A DNA stretch of 35,435 nt from an uncultured bacterium (GTDB lineage: Bacteria > Lernaellota > Lernaellaia > Lernaellales > Lernaellaceae). Below are positions 6,699-15,301 of this stretch, piece by piece. The stretch spans positions 1-35,435 of the forward strand of contig CAZHPN010000048.1 of NCBI GenBank assembly GCA_964534375.1. The letters run 5' to 3'. The position numbers and the translations under genes are program-made. The notes beneath the pieces were generated by a model. The model made no database searches. It had not been told where the DNA came from and was given only the letters and a program-made list of their open reading frames with translations. Positions within the stretch are counted from its first letter, which is position 1, and the number at the start of each line of letters is the position of its first letter.

Positions 6699-9692
6699 AT
6701 GAAACAACGCCTGAAAACATGGCTCGTCCTTCTGCTGCCGTTTGCCGTCGCGGCATGCGTCGCCGGCGGTTACGAATGGTTTAATGCGGCGGTGGTGACC
6801 GTCGACGGGGCCGGCGGACTCGCGGCAAAGGTCCGCCCCGGCCAGCGCGATCCCGTGTGGCTCGCGCGGTTTCCGCTGCGCGTCGCCGGCGTCGCCGCGC
6901 CGCCCGCGCCGGACGATCGCTTCCGCGATCTCATCCGGAATTTGAAGAAGCGCGGCATCATCGTCGTCGTGGTCGACGACGTGAACCAGGACGCCGTGGC
7001 CGTCGCCGGGCAACGGCGCGTCGCCGAGGTCGCGGGCGCGGCGGGCGCCGACCTCGTCGTGCTGCTGCACGCGGCGCAGGCGCCGCGGGTCGAGAACATC
7101 GGCGGCGGGCCCGTCCTCGTCTGGTCCGACGCGGCGGGAAGCGGCAGATCCGGCGCGTCGTTGCACGTGCGGGCCGAATTCTCGCCGCGGGGCTTGGAGC
7201 GCATCCGCATCTCGCCCATTTTTCAAGGAAACGACGCGCCGGCGCTCCGCGTCGCCCAGGCGGCGACGCGGCTGATGATGCTCAGCTCCGTCGCGGGTCC
7301 GCTCGGCGGCCACTGGGAGAACGTCGACGGCGTCGCGGTGATCGACGGCGCGTCGTTTCGCAGCGATCCCGACGGCCTCGCCATCCTCTCGGCGTTCTAC
7401 GAACGATTTCGGCGCGGGGCGCGCCTGCCGGCGGCGGTCATCGTCGCCGTCGGGCTCGGCGGCTGGCTGCTGCGCCGCCGGCCGCTGGCGCACTATCATA
7501 TTTTCCGCCGGGGCCTGCCGCCGGCCCTGGGGGCGGTCGCGCTGGCCGCCGGCCTCCACTTCGCGTGGCGCGACAAGGCGCTTTCGGACGACGCCTATAT
7601 TTCGTTTCGTTACGCCAAGAACTGGCTCGCGGGCAACGGCCTCGTTTACAACGTCGGCGAGCGCGTCGAGGGCTACACCAATTTCCTCTGGACGGTCCTT
7701 GTCGGCGCCCTCGCCTGGGTGACGCGGCAGGATATTCCGCTCGTGGCGCTCTTCGCCAATTTCGCGTGCCTCGCCGGCGCGCTGGCGACGACCTGGGCGA
7801 TCGGCCGGCGGCTCAATCGGCCGGACGACGCGGCGTTTTATTTTCCGCTCGCGACGCTCTGGCTCGGCGCGCAACGCATTTTTTGCTCCTTCGGGGCGAT
7901 CGGCCTGGAGACGATGTTCGCGGCGTGGCTGGTGCTGCTGGCGGCGTACGCCCGGCTCGCCCGGCCGCCGCGGCAGGGCGCGGCGCTGGCCGGCGTGTTC
8001 CTGATTTTGGCGACGCTGGCCCGGCCCGACCACGCGATTTTCTACGCCTGTTTCGCGGCCGTGCTGGCGTTGGGCGGCCTGGGGAAGATTTGGACGGCGC
8101 GGCGCGAGGCGCGCCGCGCGGCGGACGGCGCGGCGTTTTGGGAAGCGGCGTGTTTTGCCGCGCCGTTCGCTGGATATCTCATTTTTCTCGCGTGGGAATG
8201 GCGATATTACGGCTCGATCGTCCCCAACACGTACTTCGCCAAATCGGTCGACCTCGCATACTGGAGCCAGGGGCTCGTGTACGGCCTGGTCTCGGGATTG
8301 TCGACCAACCTGCTGTTCCTGCTGCCGCTCTTCGCTGCGTGGCTGTTGTTCCTGCGCGATCCGCGCGTCGCCGAGTTCCGGCGATTCGCGGGCCTCGGCG
8401 TAGCCGTGTACGCGGTCTACGTCATCAAGCTGGGCGGCGATTTCATGCTCGGCCGCTTTTTCATGACGGCGATGCCGCTGATCCTGCTAGGCGTGGAAAA
8501 CGCGGCGCACCAACTGGCGCGCGCGACCGACCGCCGCCCGGCGTGGACGGCCGTCGCCTGGGTCGCGTTGCTGCTGAGCACGCTCTACGGTTGGGAGCTT
8601 GTCCGCCCCGGCAATATCACGTGGGGCATTTCCGACGAGGGCACGTTTTACCGGGTGCGGTCGTTTCGGCCGCTCGACATCGAGCAGGAGGGCGCGCCGG
8701 GCAATCGCCTCGACGAGGGCGTGTTGTTCCGCCGGGTGCTCACCGAGCGCGGCCTGCGGCCGGTCGTGGCGATGAGCGGCTTCGGGATCATCGGCTATTA
8801 TTCCGAGATGCCCGTGCTCGATCTGCGCGGCTTGATCGACACGTACGTCGCGCATTTGCCGGTCGGCCAGCGTTCGCGGCCGGGGCACGAAAAATGGGCG
8901 CCGCCGGCGTATCGCGATTATCGGCAGGCGCGGTTTTACCGCCTGCCGGCGTCGGGCCTGCCGCGCGATTACGCCCGTTTTTCCATCGAGCACGCGACGT
9001 ACTCGCTGTTTCAAATGGCGCGTTACGACGGCGCGTTGATGGACCGCATTGCGCACACGAGTCCGGAGTTCAAGTTCACGCGGTTTCCCGAATACCTCGA
9101 CAAAAACACGGCGCGGTTGGTGCGGGACACGCCGGCTGCCGTGGCAGACGCGTTGCGCCAGTTCGACCACTACTATTTCTCGCTCAACAGCGATGCGCGG
9201 CGCCGGCAGCCGTTCGTCGACCGTTTTCTGCAACTGCTCGACTTCGAGGACGGCGCGTACCCGCCGGGGACCGAAGCGGAGGGCGTCTTCGAGAACGCCT
9301 TCGTGCGGCCGGCCTTCGACCGCGATTTCCGCATCGAGGACTACCAGGGCGAGACGCTCGTCGCGACGCCCGCCGGGCCCCACGGCCCGGGAAAGCTGGC
9401 GCTGCCGCCGTTTACGGTGCGGGGCGACGTTATCGGGTTTTTGTTCGCCGGCGGTCGCGATCCGGACCGGCTGAACGCGCGGCTGTACGTCGACGGCGAG
9501 CCGGTGAATCTCGCCGTCGGCAACGACACGAGCCGGCTCGCTTTCATCACCTGGGATGTCGCGAAATACAAGGGCCGGACGGCCCGGCTGGTTCTCGAAA
9601 ACACGACGGCCGACAAGCGGCTGTTCTTCGACATGTTTTACGAGGCCGAGAAGAAGCCGGGAGAGGCGAGCGCGGTTGCGCCCGCGCCATGA
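6699..9692 (+). CDS. Multi-domain polytopic membrane glycosyltransferase (GT-C / arabinofuranosyltransferase-like) with N- and C-terminal soluble domains
   Basis: DDAYISFRYAKNWLAGNGLVYNVGERVEGYTNFLW, GLET, LARPD, YYGSIVPNTYFAK, GGDFMLGRF, DLRGLID and RPGHEK motifs, with many TM segments. Confidence 0.8.
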   Translation: MKQRLKTWLVLLLPFAVAACVAGGYEWFNAAVVTVDGAGGLAAKVRPGQRDPVWLARFPLRVAGVAAPPAPDDRFRDLIRNLKKRGIIVVVVDDVNQDAVAVAGQRRVAEVAGAAGADLVVLLHAAQAPRVENIGGGPVLVWSDAAGSGRSGASLHVRAEFSPRGLERIRISPIFQGNDAPALRVAQAATRLMMLSSVAGPLGGHWENVDGVAVIDGASFRSDPDGLAILSAFYERFRRGARLPAAVIVAVGLGGWLLRRRPLAHYHIFRRGLPPALGAVALAAGLHFAWRDKALSDDAYISFRYAKNWLAGNGLVYNVGERVEGYTNFLWTVLVGALAWVTRQDIPLVALFANFACLAGALATTWAIGRRLNRPDDAAFYFPLATLWLGAQRIFCSFGAIGLETMFAAWLVLLAAYARLARPPRQGAALAGVFLILATLARPDHAIFYACFAAVLALGGLGKIWTARREARRAADGAAFWEAACFAAPFAGYLIFLAWEWRYYGSIVPNTYFAKSVDLAYWSQGLVYGLVSGLSTNLLFLLPLFAAWLLFLRDPRVAEFRRFAGLGVAVYAVYVIKLGGDFMLGRFFMTAMPLILLGVENAAHQLARATDRRPAWTAVAWVALLLSTLYGWELVRPGNITWGISDEGTFYRVRSFRPLDIEQEGAPGNRLDEGVLFRRVLTERGLRPVVAMSGFGIIGYYSEMPVLDLRGLIDTYVAHLPVGQRSRPGHEKWAPPAYRDYRQARFYRLPASGLPRDYARFSIEHATYSLFQMARYDGALMDRIAHTSPEFKFTRFPEYLDKNTARLVRDTPAAVADALRQFDHYYFSLNSDARRRQPFVDRFLQLLDFEDGAYPPGTEAEGVFENAFVRPAFDRDFRIEDYQGETLVATPAGPHGPGKLALPPFTVRGDVIGFLFAGGRDPDRLNARLYVDGEPVNLAVGNDTSRLAFITWDVAKYKGRTARLVLENTTADKRLFFDMFYEAEKKPGEASAVAPAP

Positions 9693-9733
9693 TATTGCGG
9701 CGGCGCAAGAAGCGCCGGCGCGATGAGGAAATC

Positions 9734-9850
9734 GGAGTTATGGGAGTTATGGGAATTATGGGAATTATGGGAATTATGGGAGTTATGGGATCTATGGGAT
9801 CTATGCGACCTATAGGACCTATAAGACCTATAGGACCTATATGGCCTATT
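9734..9850 (+). repeat. 13-unit nonamer tandem array with progressive sequence drift
   Basis: GGAGTTATG x2, GGAATTATG x3, GGAGTTATG, GGATCTATG x2, CGACCTATA, GGACCTATA, AGACCTATA, GGACCTATA, TGGCCTATT. Confidence 0.95.
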
Positions 9851-9930
9851 GCGCCTACGTAGACTATCGCCTTGCTTGGCGAACCAGAGGAATCGTTGTT
9901 CACCACGATGACGAGGCGCCGCCCCGCGAA

Positions 9931-10149
9931 ACGTCATTCCCGCGGAGGCGGAAATCCAGGAAGATGAGAGCGCCCGAACGGGGGCTGTTGCTGTCTTTTC
10001 GGCGAAAATTCGCGAGCGTCGCGCCGTTGGGCGCAACCGATGATTCTGGATTCCCGCCTCCGCGGGAATGACGTCTCACGGGGCGGGGCCGCCGCGGCAA
10101 TGGGCGCAACCGATGATCCTGGATTCCCGCCTCCGCGGGAATGACGTCT
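9931..10149. repeat. Three REP-like GTCATTCCCGCGGAGGCGGGAATCCAG elements (one forward, two reverse), BIME/REPIN-like
   Basis: Forward copy at 9931-9961. Reverse copies lie within a 49-nt direct repeat at 10028-10076 and 10101-10149 (one mismatch). Core is ATTCCC-N8-GGGAAT. Confidence 0.9.
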
Positions 10150-10220
10150 GACGAGGCGGCGCCGCGCAATCGTGGGGAGACAATTTTTCTGGGTCGCCAG
10201 GGCAATTGACAGTTTCTATC

Positions 10221-10256
10221 AGACCGATAGGAGCGATACGGCCTATATGACCTATG
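10221..10256 (+). repeat. Degenerate nonamer array related to the 9734 array
   Basis: AGACCGATA GGAGCGATA CGGCCTATA TGACCTATG. Confidence 0.65.
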
Positions 10257-10303
10257 TCCCGTGCGGCGGCTATCGACGGCCCACGGCCAAACTGCGCGGC
10301 TGG

Positions 10304-10405
10304 CCCTCGCCCGCCGCGCCGCGCGCGGCGACGTCTCCCAGAGGGTGAGGTGACGACGCCCGCACCCGCCGCGCTCCGCGCGGCGACCTCTCCCGGAGGG
10401 AGAGG
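10304..10405. repeat. Two tandem copies of a 47-nt double-hairpin element (CCCTCACCC...CCTCTCCC...GGGAGAGG family); the second copy may act as a terminator
   Basis: Copies at 10304-10350 and 10359-10405, with a third at 33510-33556. The second is followed by TTTTT and abuts the pepF stop. Confidence 0.85.
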
Positions 10406-10408
10406 TTT

Positions 10409-12304
10409 TTATTTCGCCTTTTGCTTCGCCAGGATCTTTTCCACCTGATCCATATAGCGATTGGCGCGGGCCATCAACGCTTCGTAGGCCTCGGGCCGGG
10501 TCATGTCGGCGCCGGCTTTTTTCAGCAGCTCGACGGGATTCTCCGAGCCGCCGGCGCGCAACAGATATTCGTAATAGCGGTTCAGCGCGCCGGGTTCGCG
10601 TTTGATGATCTTCTGCGAGAGCAAGCTGGCGGCGGCGAAGCTCGTCGAATACTGATATACGTAATAATTGTAGTAGAAATGGGGGATAATCGCCCATTCG
10701 ACGCCGATGAAATCCGGCACGTTCGTCACGCCCTGGTCGTGGCCGTAGTATTTGCGCGCCAGCTCGAGATAGAGCTTGTTCAGCGATTCGTCGGTCAGCG
10801 CCTCGCCCTTTTCCACCTTTTGGTGAATCAGCAATTCGAACTCGGCGAACTGCACCTGGCGGAAGAAGGTGCCCTTGATCGACTCGTCGAGGAAATGGCC
10901 GAGCAGGTAGAGTTTCTCGGCGTCGGTCTTGACTCGTTTGAGCATCAGGTCGTTGACCAGGTTTTCGTTGCAGGTCGAGGCGACCTCGGCCATGAAGGTG
11001 GAATAGCTCGAGGTCGGGAACGGCTGGCCGCCGTTGGAGAAGAAGGAATGCATGGCGTGGCCCATCTCGTGGGCCAACGTCAACGCCTCGCCGTAGGTGC
11101 CGTTGTAATTGAGCAAGATGTACGGGTGCACGCCGTAGGCCGAGCCGTCCATGTAGGCGCCGGAGTCTTTGCCTTCGTTGGGGAAGGCGTCGATCCAGCC
11201 CGAAGTGAACGCGCCTTTGACCGTGTTCACGTACTCCGGCCCCATCGGCTTCACGGCCTCGAGGAGGATTTCCTGCGCCTGCTCGTAGGTGACCGGGATG
11301 CCCGCTTCCTTGGTGAACGGCACGTACAGATCGGTGTATTCGAGCTTCGTTTTGCCCAGCGCTTTGGCCTTCAACTTGAGATACCGGTGGAAGGTCGGCA
11401 GATTGCGGTGCGCCGCCTCGATCAGACTGGTGTAGATTTTCGGATCGATGCCGTCGTAGTCGAGCGCCGCGGAGAGCGTGTCGGGGTAGCCTCGCGTATC
11501 CATGACGAAGCGGTGCGCTTTCATCTGATCGTACAGCGTTTCGGCGAACGTGCGCGCGAAACGGGCGTATTGGCCGAAGAACGTTTTGAAGGCCGCGAGG
11601 CGGTCGGCTTCGATCGGGCTCTGGCGCAAGCGGTCGTAGGTGGCATAGTCGAGCTTCGCCTCAACGCCGTCGGACAGCTTGATCGTCTCGTGCGGCAGGT
11701 CGGCGTTGGCGAAGAGGGAATAGAGCGAGCCCGGCGAGCTGGTCAGGTCCGACGCCGCGGCCATGATCTTCTCTTCCTTCGGCGAAAGGATGTGCGCGCG
11801 GCGGCGCATCGTCTCCTGCACCGGGAAACGATAGACGGCCAGCGCCGGGAGCTGCGCGAAGAACGACCCGATTTTGCTCGGGTCGGCGGCGACGATCTCG
11901 GGCTCGACGAACGAGGCGGCCCCGGCGAATTTGGTGCGGATCGTCTGCGTTTCGGAGAGCAGCGCTTTGTTGTCGGACACCCGCGCATCCTGGTCGGCGG
12001 ACCGCTGCGCGTAGGATTCGAGCCGTCGCAGGCGCTGCTCGATGTCCCAATAAAGATCGAGCGCGGCTTTGAAGGTCGCGGCCGACTCGGTCAGTTTGCC
12101 CTTGAACGCGGCCAGCTTGTCGGCGTCGGCGAGGATGTCTTCCTTGGCCTTCTTCACCGCGTCGGCGTTCTTGTACAGCGCCGTCAGATCCCACTTGTAC
12201 TGGGCGGCGATTTCGCTGCGTTCCTTCGCCGGCGAATCGGCCGCGAAGGCGAGCGCCAACAACGCGAACGCCAGCCACACGACGAGCAAACGTTTGGTCT
12301 TCAT
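10409..12304 (-). CDS. pepF: Oligoendopeptidase F (peptidase M3B) with signal peptide
   Basis: KWDLTALY, GKDSGAY, HPYILLN, TLAHEMGHAMH (HExxH), AEVAS and PHFYYNYYVYQY motifs. ATG 12304 has a GAGGA RBS; an alternative start is 12319. Confidence 0.95.
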   Translation of the reverse strand: MKTKRLLVVWLAFALLALAFAADSPAKERSEIAAQYKWDLTALYKNADAVKKAKEDILADADKLAAFKGKLTESAATFKAALDLYWDIEQRLRRLESYAQRSADQDARVSDNKALLSETQTIRTKFAGAASFVEPEIVAADPSKIGSFFAQLPALAVYRFPVQETMRRRAHILSPKEEKIMAAASDLTSSPGSLYSLFANADLPHETIKLSDGVEAKLDYATYDRLRQSPIEADRLAAFKTFFGQYARFARTFAETLYDQMKAHRFVMDTRGYPDTLSAALDYDGIDPKIYTSLIEAAHRNLPTFHRYLKLKAKALGKTKLEYTDLYVPFTKEAGIPVTYEQAQEILLEAVKPMGPEYVNTVKGAFTSGWIDAFPNEGKDSGAYMDGSAYGVHPYILLNYNGTYGEALTLAHEMGHAMHSFFSNGGQPFPTSSYSTFMAEVASTCNENLVNDLMLKRVKTDAEKLYLLGHFLDESIKGTFFRQVQFAEFELLIHQKVEKGEALTDESLNKLYLELARKYYGHDQGVTNVPDFIGVEWAIIPHFYYNYYVYQYSTSFAAASLLSQKIIKREPGALNRYYEYLLRAGGSENPVELLKKAGADMTRPEAYEALMARANRYMDQVEKILAKQKAK

Positions 12305-12360
12305 CGATCGGTTCCTCATGCAGGAATTAATGAGCCGCTTTTTCGGAAAATCCGGCCCCT

Positions 12361-12389
12361 ACAATAACAACGACGAAGCGGGCGGACAA
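12361..12389 (-). promoter_or_regulatory. Putative sigma70 promoter for pepF
   Basis: TTGTCC-N17-TATTGT on the minus strand. Confidence 0.4.
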
Positions 12390-12411
12390 GCGCGGGGCGT
12401 ATGAGCGCGCG

Positions 12412-13248
12412 CTACGGCGCTTTCGCGGCGGGCGCGGCCTGATTCAGCGTTTCGTCGTAGGGCATCCAAACGACGGAAAACATCAGCCGCTCGATGGCGC
12501 TGACGCCCGCTTTATCATCCGGCCGGTGTTTGACGTAAAACCCGGCGGCCACGGTTTGTTCGGTGGGCTGATTGATCAGCAGCGCCCGGTTGAAATAGAA
12601 AGCCCGCAGGTCGTCCGCGTGCAGACGAATAAAATCGGAGACGTGCAACTGGCCGCTTTCGGCGTCCATCTTCATGTTGGCCGGATCGGCGGCCCAGGCG
12701 TCTTCGACGCGCGCCAACTGGCGATCGACCTCGGGGCCGACGAACGCCTCGGCGAGCGCCGGCGGGCCGCCCTTCGTGCCGCGCTGGAGGCCGAACTGCC
12801 ACGAATGCGCGTTGAATTTGCGCAGATAATGGAAATCGATCTCGTGCAGATTGGCCGGGCCGTAAATCGTGTTCCATTTGTAGTTCGTCCACAGCCCGCC
12901 GATCTGGCGCGGGCTGACGTTTCCGGCGGCGTCGGGTTTGAGCGGCCAGTTGCGGACGATCGCGTCCAACAGGCAGGCGTTGTACAGGTTGAGCCAGTAC
13001 GCGAGCTTCTGATTGATCGTCCACGGGCTGTATTGATCTTCGGTCACTGCGCCGAGGGTTTTGATGTACGCCGTCAGCGCCGGCGCCGAGGCCTTCACGC
13101 CGTCGTAATCCACCAGACCGTTGCGGACATTGGCCTTCAAGATTTTGTCGAACGCCGCGTGCGTATGATCGAACGCGTCTTGCGCCGACGCCGCGACCGC
13201 CAACGCCAACACGCACACCGCTACGCACACAACAAGCCGCCACCGCAT
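12412..13248 (-). CDS. DUF547-domain exported protein
   Basis: Signal peptide; FDKILKANVRNGLVDY, KLAYWLNLYNA and terminal YDETLN motifs. Confidence 0.8.
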   Translation of the reverse strand: MRWRLVVCVAVCVLALAVAASAQDAFDHTHAAFDKILKANVRNGLVDYDGVKASAPALTAYIKTLGAVTEDQYSPWTINQKLAYWLNLYNACLLDAIVRNWPLKPDAAGNVSPRQIGGLWTNYKWNTIYGPANLHEIDFHYLRKFNAHSWQFGLQRGTKGGPPALAEAFVGPEVDRQLARVEDAWAADPANMKMDAESGQLHVSDFIRLHADDLRAFYFNRALLINQPTEQTVAAGFYVKHRPDDKAGVSAIERLMFSVVWMPYDETLNQAAPAAKAP

Positions 13249-13268
13249 CGCTGACTCCCTAGCCGGCC

Positions 13269-14027
13269 TTATCCGCCGAATTTGACGATGCGCGCAAAGC
13301 CCGCCGCCTGCAACGACGCGCCGCCGACGAGCGCGCCGTCGATGTCCGGCTGCCCCATCAGTTCGTCGACATTGTCGGCCTTCACCGAGCCGCCGTATTG
13401 CAGCCGCAGCGCGGCGGCGAACGCGTCGCCGAAAGCGCCGGCAAGCTGTTTCCGGATGAAGTCGTGCGCTTCCTGCGCCTGCGCCGGCGTCGCGGTCTTA
13501 CCCGTGCCGATCGCCCAGACCGGCTCGTAGGCGATCACCAGCGTCGCGAGTTCCGTGGCGGCGAAGCCGGCCAGGCCCTCGGCCAGTTGCGTTTCCAGCA
13601 CGTGGAACGTGGCGCCGGCCTCGCGCTCGGCCAGGGTCTCGCCGATGCAATAGATCGGGATCAGCCCCGCGGCCAGCGCCGCTTTGGTTTTCGCGCGGCA
13701 CGAGGCGTTGGTTTCGCCGAAGAACTGGCGCCGTTCACTGTGCCCGACCAGCACGTAAGCGCAGCCGGCGTCTTTGACCATCGGCATCGCCACTTCGCCG
13801 GTGAACGCGCCTTTCGGCTCGGCGTGGGCGTTCTGGGCGCCCAGGCCCAGGCGCGAGCCGGCGATCGCCGCGCGGACCGTGGCGAGGGCGGTGAACGGCG
13901 GAATCAGGACGACATCGCGGTCGGCGAGGCCGCCGACGTCTTTCGCCAGCGCGCCGGCGAGCGCGGCCGCTTCGCCGATGAGCATGTGCATTTTCCAGTT
14001 GCCGGCAATGATCGGACGACGATTCAT
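13269..14027 (-). CDS. tpiA: Triosephosphate isomerase
   Basis: AGNWKM, GHSERR, AYEPVWAIGTG, YGGSV and LVGGASL motifs. Confidence 0.99.
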   Translation of the reverse strand: MNRRPIIAGNWKMHMLIGEAAALAGALAKDVGGLADRDVVLIPPFTALATVRAAIAGSRLGLGAQNAHAEPKGAFTGEVAMPMVKDAGCAYVLVGHSERRQFFGETNASCRAKTKAALAAGLIPIYCIGETLAEREAGATFHVLETQLAEGLAGFAATELATLVIAYEPVWAIGTGKTATPAQAQEAHDFIRKQLAGAFGDAFAAALRLQYGGSVKADNVDELMGQPDIDGALVGGASLQAAGFARIVKFGG

Positions 14028-14043
14028 GATATTTCCTTCATCC

Positions 14044-14123
14044 GTGGCCAGTGGTCAGTGGCAAGTGCTCAGTTGTTCGACAGGAATGCCGGAATTCCGC
14101 ATTCCGAATTCCGCATTCGTCAT
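14044..14123. repeat. Two different heptamer arrays filling the pgk-tpiA gap
   Basis: GTGGCCA GTGGTCA GTGGCAA GTGCTCA (14044-14071) and ATTCCGC ATTCCGA ATTCCGC ATTCGTC ATT (14094-14123). Confidence 0.85.
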
Positions 14124-15301
14124 TGTTCGAGCGCGGCGACGCCGGGCAAGGTCAGGCCTTCGAGCAGTTCGAGGCTCGCGCCGCCGCCGGTCGAGATGTG
14201 GCTGATTTTGTCGGCGACGCCGGCTTTTTTCACCGCGCTGACCGAATCGCCGCCGCCGACGACGGTCACCGCGTCGGCCGCGGCGACCGCGCGGGCGATG
14301 GCGAAGGTGCCCTTGGAGAACGCTTCCTGTTCGAAGACGCCCATGGGTCCGTTCCAGACGATGGTCTTGGCCTCGGCCAACGCCGCGCTGAACAGTTCGA
14401 CGGTTTTCGGCCCGATGTCGAGGCCCATTTGGTCGGGGGGGATCCCGTCGTTGGACACGATCATCGTCTTGGCGTCGGGCGCGATGGCGGCGGCGACCAC
14501 GTGGTCGACCGGCAGCAGCACCTTGACGCCGCGTTTCTCGGCCTCTTCCAACATCTGGCGCGCGTAGGCCAGGCGGCTTTCATCGAGCAAACTCTTGCCG
14601 ATTTCGAAGCCCTGCGCTTTGAGGAACGTGTAGGCCATGCCGCCGCCGATGATCAGGCCGTCGACTTTCTTGAGCAGATTTTGGATCACGCCGAGTTTGT
14701 CGCTCACCTTCGCGCCGCCGAGCACGGCCCAGAACGGACGGTTGGGGTCGGCCAGGGCTTGATCGAGATAACGCAGTTCCTTGCGCATCAACATCCCCGC
14801 GCCCTTTTCCTTCACGAGACGCGGCAGGGCGTCGATGCTGGCGTGCGCGCGGTGGCTCGAGCCGAACGCGTCGTTGACGTAAACGTCGGTGATCTCGGCG
14901 AGCTTGGCGGCGAAATCCGCGTCGTTCGTCGTTTCGCGCGGGTCGAAGCGTAGATTTTCGAGGAGCAGGACCTCGCCGTCTTTGAGTTGGTTGGCGACGA
15001 CGCGTACGCCGTCGGAAATGACGTCCGGCGCCATGATGACCTTGCGATCAAGCAGTTCGGCGAGCCGCTCGGCGACCGGCATCAGGCTCATGCTTTCGTC
15101 GCGCTTGCCCTTGGGCCGGCCCAGGTGGCTGGCGATGATCAGCCGCCCGCCCTTGCGCAAGATTTGGCGGATCGTCGGCAGCGAGGCCTGGATGCGCGTG
15201 TCGTCGGTGATTTTGCCGTCTTTGAGCGGCACGTTGAGGTCCGCCCGCAGAAAGACGCGTTTGCCTTCGAACTGCAGGTCGTCAAGATACTTGATCGCCA
15301 T
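14120..15301 (-). CDS. pgk: Phosphoglycerate kinase
   Basis: RADLNVP, SHLGRP, LLENLRF, NDAFG, GGAKVSDK, WNGPMG and STGGGASL motifs. Confidence 0.99.
   Translation of the reverse strand: MAIKYLDDLQFEGKRVFLRADLNVPLKDGKITDDTRIQASLPTIRQILRKGGRLIIASHLGRPKGKRDESMSLMPVAERLAELLDRKVIMAPDVISDGVRVVANQLKDGEVLLLENLRFDPRETTNDADFAAKLAEITDVYVNDAFGSSHRAHASIDALPRLVKEKGAGMLMRKELRYLDQALADPNRPFWAVLGGAKVSDKLGVIQNLLKKVDGLIIGGGMAYTFLKAQGFEIGKSLLDESRLAYARQMLEEAEKRGVKVLLPVDHVVAAAIAPDAKTMIVSNDGIPPDQMGLDIGPKTVELFSAALAEAKTIVWNGPMGVFEQEAFSKGTFAIARAVAAADAVTVVGGGDSVSAVKKAGVADKISHISTGGGASLELLEGLTLPGVAALEQ

Noticed and set aside
6857..9862. 1001-aa Arg/Gly-rich ORF
   Set aside because: Alternate-frame shadow of the glycosyltransferase, typical of high-GC DNA, with no motifs.
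10028..10149. CRISPR array (49-nt repeat, 24-nt spacer)
   Set aside because: Only two direct copies plus an inverted copy, the repeat is a REP-like palindrome, and there are no cas genes.
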